Below are positions 60,225-64,000 of a DNA stretch of 64,000 bases, one piece after another. The DNA lies in contig JAUCBJ010004912.1 of the NCBI GenBank assembly GCA_032718475.1, positions 1 to 64,000 of the forward strand, given 5' to 3'. Source of the DNA: Nemertoderma westbladi. Taxonomy: Eukaryota; Animalia; Xenacoelomorpha. Under the pieces are notes generated by a model. It searched no databases. It saw nothing but the letters and a program-made list of their open reading frames with translations, and had not been told where the DNA came from. The translations under genes and the position numbers were made by a program. Numbering within the stretch: the stretch's first letter is position 1; each line of letters begins with the position of its first letter.

Positions 60225-62239
60225 CTGAAAGGGTATAATTGTAATTTGTACAGCATTAATGTTATTGCAATTAAATTTTGGAATTAGCTAAGATTTGTAG
60301 GCCCATGTGCTTAACTTTGGAGATAATTCTCAACTGAAATAGCCCTGCATTTTTCACAATGAAAAACCATAGGCATATCACTACCGTAAATGTACACCAA
60401 ATCTGTATTTTTTTTTATGTATGTTTGTTTTTCAAATAGGGGGGGGGGGGGGGGGGGGGGGGGGGGAACTGGACGCAATCAAAATCCACCCCTCTCCAGG
60501 GGAAATTCGACGCAAATAAAAGCTGATTACTCTCAAAAATAAAACTTTAACCTGTTCTATTGTGTTTAGTTTATTGTTTTGGTTAAAATAACGTGCCACT
60601 GTAACCTGCTCCTTTCCCTAAATTGAGAATTTAACATTGAGGCTGGATATTAATTCGCCAAGATTGGATTTGCGTCCAGTTTCCCTCCCACCCCCCCCCC
60701 CCCCCCCCCCCTGTCTCACGTTTTTAATTGTTTATTACCGTCTAATTATTAATTGTTTCTTTATCATAGTGGTCGATAATGTTTTTTATGGAATCTATAG
60801 TTTTTTTTATGGTGGCTAGTGTTTTTTTAGTAGCAAGTGTTTTATGATAATTTTGCAAATAAAAATTAAAAAATAACTATATAGAATATGGTACTTTTAT
60901 TATCTCTAAACCAACTAAAATAGTAATTATTGTACTAGCTAGAAATATAAGGGTGTCCTCGCGTTACGGTTAATTTTTTGGCAGATTAGCCGTAACCCGA
61001 CTTTCAAAGTCGCGGTACGTCTAATCTATTGTCTTGGTTCCATAAAAATATTTAATAGCTACCAAAATATTGTGGGAAGGTCCAACTGTTCTAGAACAAT
61101 AATTAAAACAAAAAATGCACATTAAAAAATCCAGATTTGGCGTAGGCCCTTCATGTACGGTAATGATAGGCCGACCATTACATGTCCCTAAATTTCTATC
61201 CGGTTCGAAAGAATTAATATGATTGAAAAAAAAGACAATAATTTGGCGAAAAATTTAAAAAACATTTATATTTAGATGCATTAAATATTCTAGAACATAC
61301 GATTGATCGGTATTACACTAAATGTTCTAGAACAAATATTTTTGAATATTATACAATATTATGCTAATTGTAAATATAATATTAATTATACAAATCCGAA
61401 TATATATAATAAAATAATAGATGGCAACATAATAAATAGTGAGCCTTGAAACATTATTAGAACAACCATCTCTATATCAAACATGCAATTTAGTCTCAAT
61501 ATTTCGGTTATTTTCAGTATAATATCTTATATATGCCTACTTGCCTTGTTTAGCCATGTTCACAATTCAGCCAAATCTTGAGCTTTGTAAAAACAATATT
61601 GAATTTTCGATGTGAGTAATTAATAATGAAAATAAAACCTCTCAATATTCTAGAATTAACTTACGTGATGTTGCTGTGTCAACACACATGAAACTGGACA
61701 AACTACAAGCGGCTAAATTTTGTTTTAAACATGAAAACTAAAGTATTACCAATATTTGGTCGCCAAGTCAAACTAAAGTCGTTCCAAACAATAATTATTG
61801 TTTAGAAATCTTTTGCAAAAACTCATAACGTACAAGTATTATATGATAGGTTAATGATTAACTACTAAATTGTTTTTATTTTACCATTCGTATTGTAAAT
61901 TGTTAATGTGTATATTTATCCTTGAAGGAGACAAAACGCGAAAATATGTAATTATGTTGGTACGATAGACTGCGTTGTATCCGAGAGCTTTATCAGTAAC
62001 ACGGCCTCTGTGTTGGTATCGCGTTATATCTATGCGCAGTGAAGCTGCAGTGCCAAATTCATTGTAGGTGGGTGGTGGTACAGAGACTTTAGTCTTTATC
62101 TAGTACCTATACCACCACCTACCCAATTGTATTGGCCAAATTTAATGATAACTCGGTGAGACATTATCGAGCATAGAGTTTACTACAATTACGTTCAATC
62201 AATATTGCCATAACAACAGTCTTCTTCTTTATTCTTTCA

Positions 62240-62465
62240 GCATGTTTATTTTCAGCTGCATTACTTATATCTATCAACATATATATTACGTAGGCCTATG
62301 TTATGCCAGTTTATACGCATCTTTAAGACCCACGACCAGTGTTCTATAAGAGGCGTCTCAAGAAAGTCATGGTCTGTTCACCATGCTTATTTTCTTCATG
62401 GGTCTGAACAAGCACAAGATTATGCATTGGCTGGTCCTCATGGCGAAAACAATGTCCTGCAGAGT
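62240..62465 (-). pseudogene. Old 3' fragment of the RTE family
   Basis: cgcatctttaag...gcgtctcaagaaagtcatgg...acaagattatgca...gcgaaaacaatgtcctgca matches 3898..4036. Confidence 0.7.
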
Positions 62466-63426
62466 GGATTCCGCTATTTTCAAGTATAGAATATGGTGGG
62501 AGATGTCTAACTTTTGTAACAGGGCGGAGTGTATCTTTTTATCAGGGCTGTGTCTAAGATCTGATCCAGACAAGGTCTAACTTTTGTAGGGTCATTAGAA
62601 TCTGCTTGTACACAACTGGACAAAGATATAAATCGCTGTAAAAGTATAAATCGCTGCACAAGTTAGACAGGATTTGAACGGCGACTTGAATTTCCATGGT
62701 GCGTAAAGATGGGGATATAGTGATGAAATAGAAGAGGTTGAGGACATTTTGCCGAATGTTGATAACTTTAGATTGATCTACTGTAATAAGAAGTGAAACA
62801 AGGAAAAGCTAAGTTATGATGGTCTGAGTACGTCGTGATGGAGCAGCCTGGTGTGCCAGCGTGTCCGCTCTGTGCAGCTATGCCAAATACCTGTAAGGAG
62901 CCTGGTGGTAAGAGTCTATTCAGTTTGTAGTCTCTGAGCCACCAGACACCGTAGCAGTGATTGGCTAATAATAAGTCTGTTCATGGTTATCGTAATTTCA
63001 TTTCTCTCAAGTCATCCTTTTCAAGTTGGACACTTCATAGCCGATCGTCCACGGGAATGCCTATATCTTGTGTTGGATGCCAAAAAAAGATCGGTATAAT
63101 ATAATAATATAAAACATATTAATAGTAATGTAATAATAACAATTAAGAATCCTAGTCATAAAATTTTCGTAATCTGTTTTAAATAAGACTTGAATAACTA
63201 AATGCATGATATACTGTATATTATAATAGGTTAATTATTGATACAGGTGCAAATAGAGCAGGCACTCGAACAATAGCAGCACCGATATTACTGTATGTTC
63301 TGTATGTTTGTAATAGCAGCTGTGCCGAATACAGGTATGGCGTTTGGTGGCAAGAGGACTATTCAGTATGTTGTTAGTACCCGTTCCACCAGACGTCGTA
63401 CCGTTGATTGGCTAAATGAGGAGAGT

Positions 63427-64000
63427 GGCGATAGTGGTGGGGGCAGTGGTTGGTGTGGGAGACGATAGTGGTGGGGGCAGTGGTTGGTGTGGGAGACGAT
63501 AGTGCGGGGCAGTGGTTGGGGATGGTGGCGATAGTGCTGGGGGCAGTGGTTGGTGTGGGAGACGATAGTGCTGGGGGCAGTGGTTGGTGTGGGAGACGAT
63601 AGTGCGGGGGCAGTGGTTGGGGATGGTGGCGATAGTGCTGGGGGCAGTGGTTGGTGTGGGAGACGATAGTGCGGGGGCAGTGGTTGGGGATGGTGGCGAT
63701 AGTGCTGGGGGCAGTGGTTGGTGTGAGAGACGATAGTGCGGGGGCAGTGGTTGGGGATGGTGGCGATAGTGCTGGGGGCAGTGGTTGGTGTGGGAGACGA
63801 TAGTGCGGGGGCAGTGGTTGGGGATGGTGGCGATAGTGCTGGGGGCAGTGGTTGGTGTGGGAGACGATAGTGCGGGGGCAGTGGTTGGGGATGGTGGCGA
63901 TAGTGCTGGGGGCAGTGGTTGGTGTGGGAGACGATAGTGCGGGGGCAGTGGTTGGTGTGGGAGACGATAGTGCGGGGGCAGTGGTTGGGGATGGTGGCGA
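63427..64000. repeat. G-rich minisatellite, 33/34-bp alternating units (67-bp dimer), runs off the window
   Basis: gatagtgctgggggcagtggttggtgtgggagac alternates with gatagtgcgggggcagtggttggggatggtggc. Confidence 0.92.

Noticed and set aside
60438-60711. Long G-run and C-run flanking short inverted repeats
   Set aside because: Probably a decayed MITE related to 22577..22931; ends not definable and homopolymer lengths unreliable.

Overview
Repeat-rich animal (probably marine invertebrate) genomic DNA with spliceosomal GT-AG introns; no prokaryotic features. A plus-strand 8-exon gene (2825..52258, inferred 688 aa) encodes a secreted protein: signal peptide, 2 LamG/concanavalin-like domains, 3 EGF domains, 2 ShKT domains. 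All splice phases are consistent, and the ORF track misses most exons. Intron 1 (~20 kb) holds a 5'-truncated RTE LINE with a duplicated 3' end, plus a 15.5-kb LTR-bounded element (6853..22335, CTCTA TSD). That element has decayed gag/protease, no recognisable RT or integrase, and a nearly intact ~9.4-kb APE-RT LINE directly next to its 5' LTR. The LINE's ORF1 region is very large (~1,920 codons, split in two frames) and has a Pro/Gly/Ser/Thr repeat, a Ulp1/C48 SUMO-protease-like domain, a coiled coil and an RRM-like end; this is the most unusual item. Other introns hold a ~12-kb 26-bp satellite, a decayed Gypsy nested in an old RTE copy, palindromic MITEs and Tc1/mariner-type TACAGTA/TACTGTA footprints. 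The 3' exon of a convergent single-pass membrane protein gene and G-rich minisatellites end the window. Domain calls come from motif reading only; no database searches were run.
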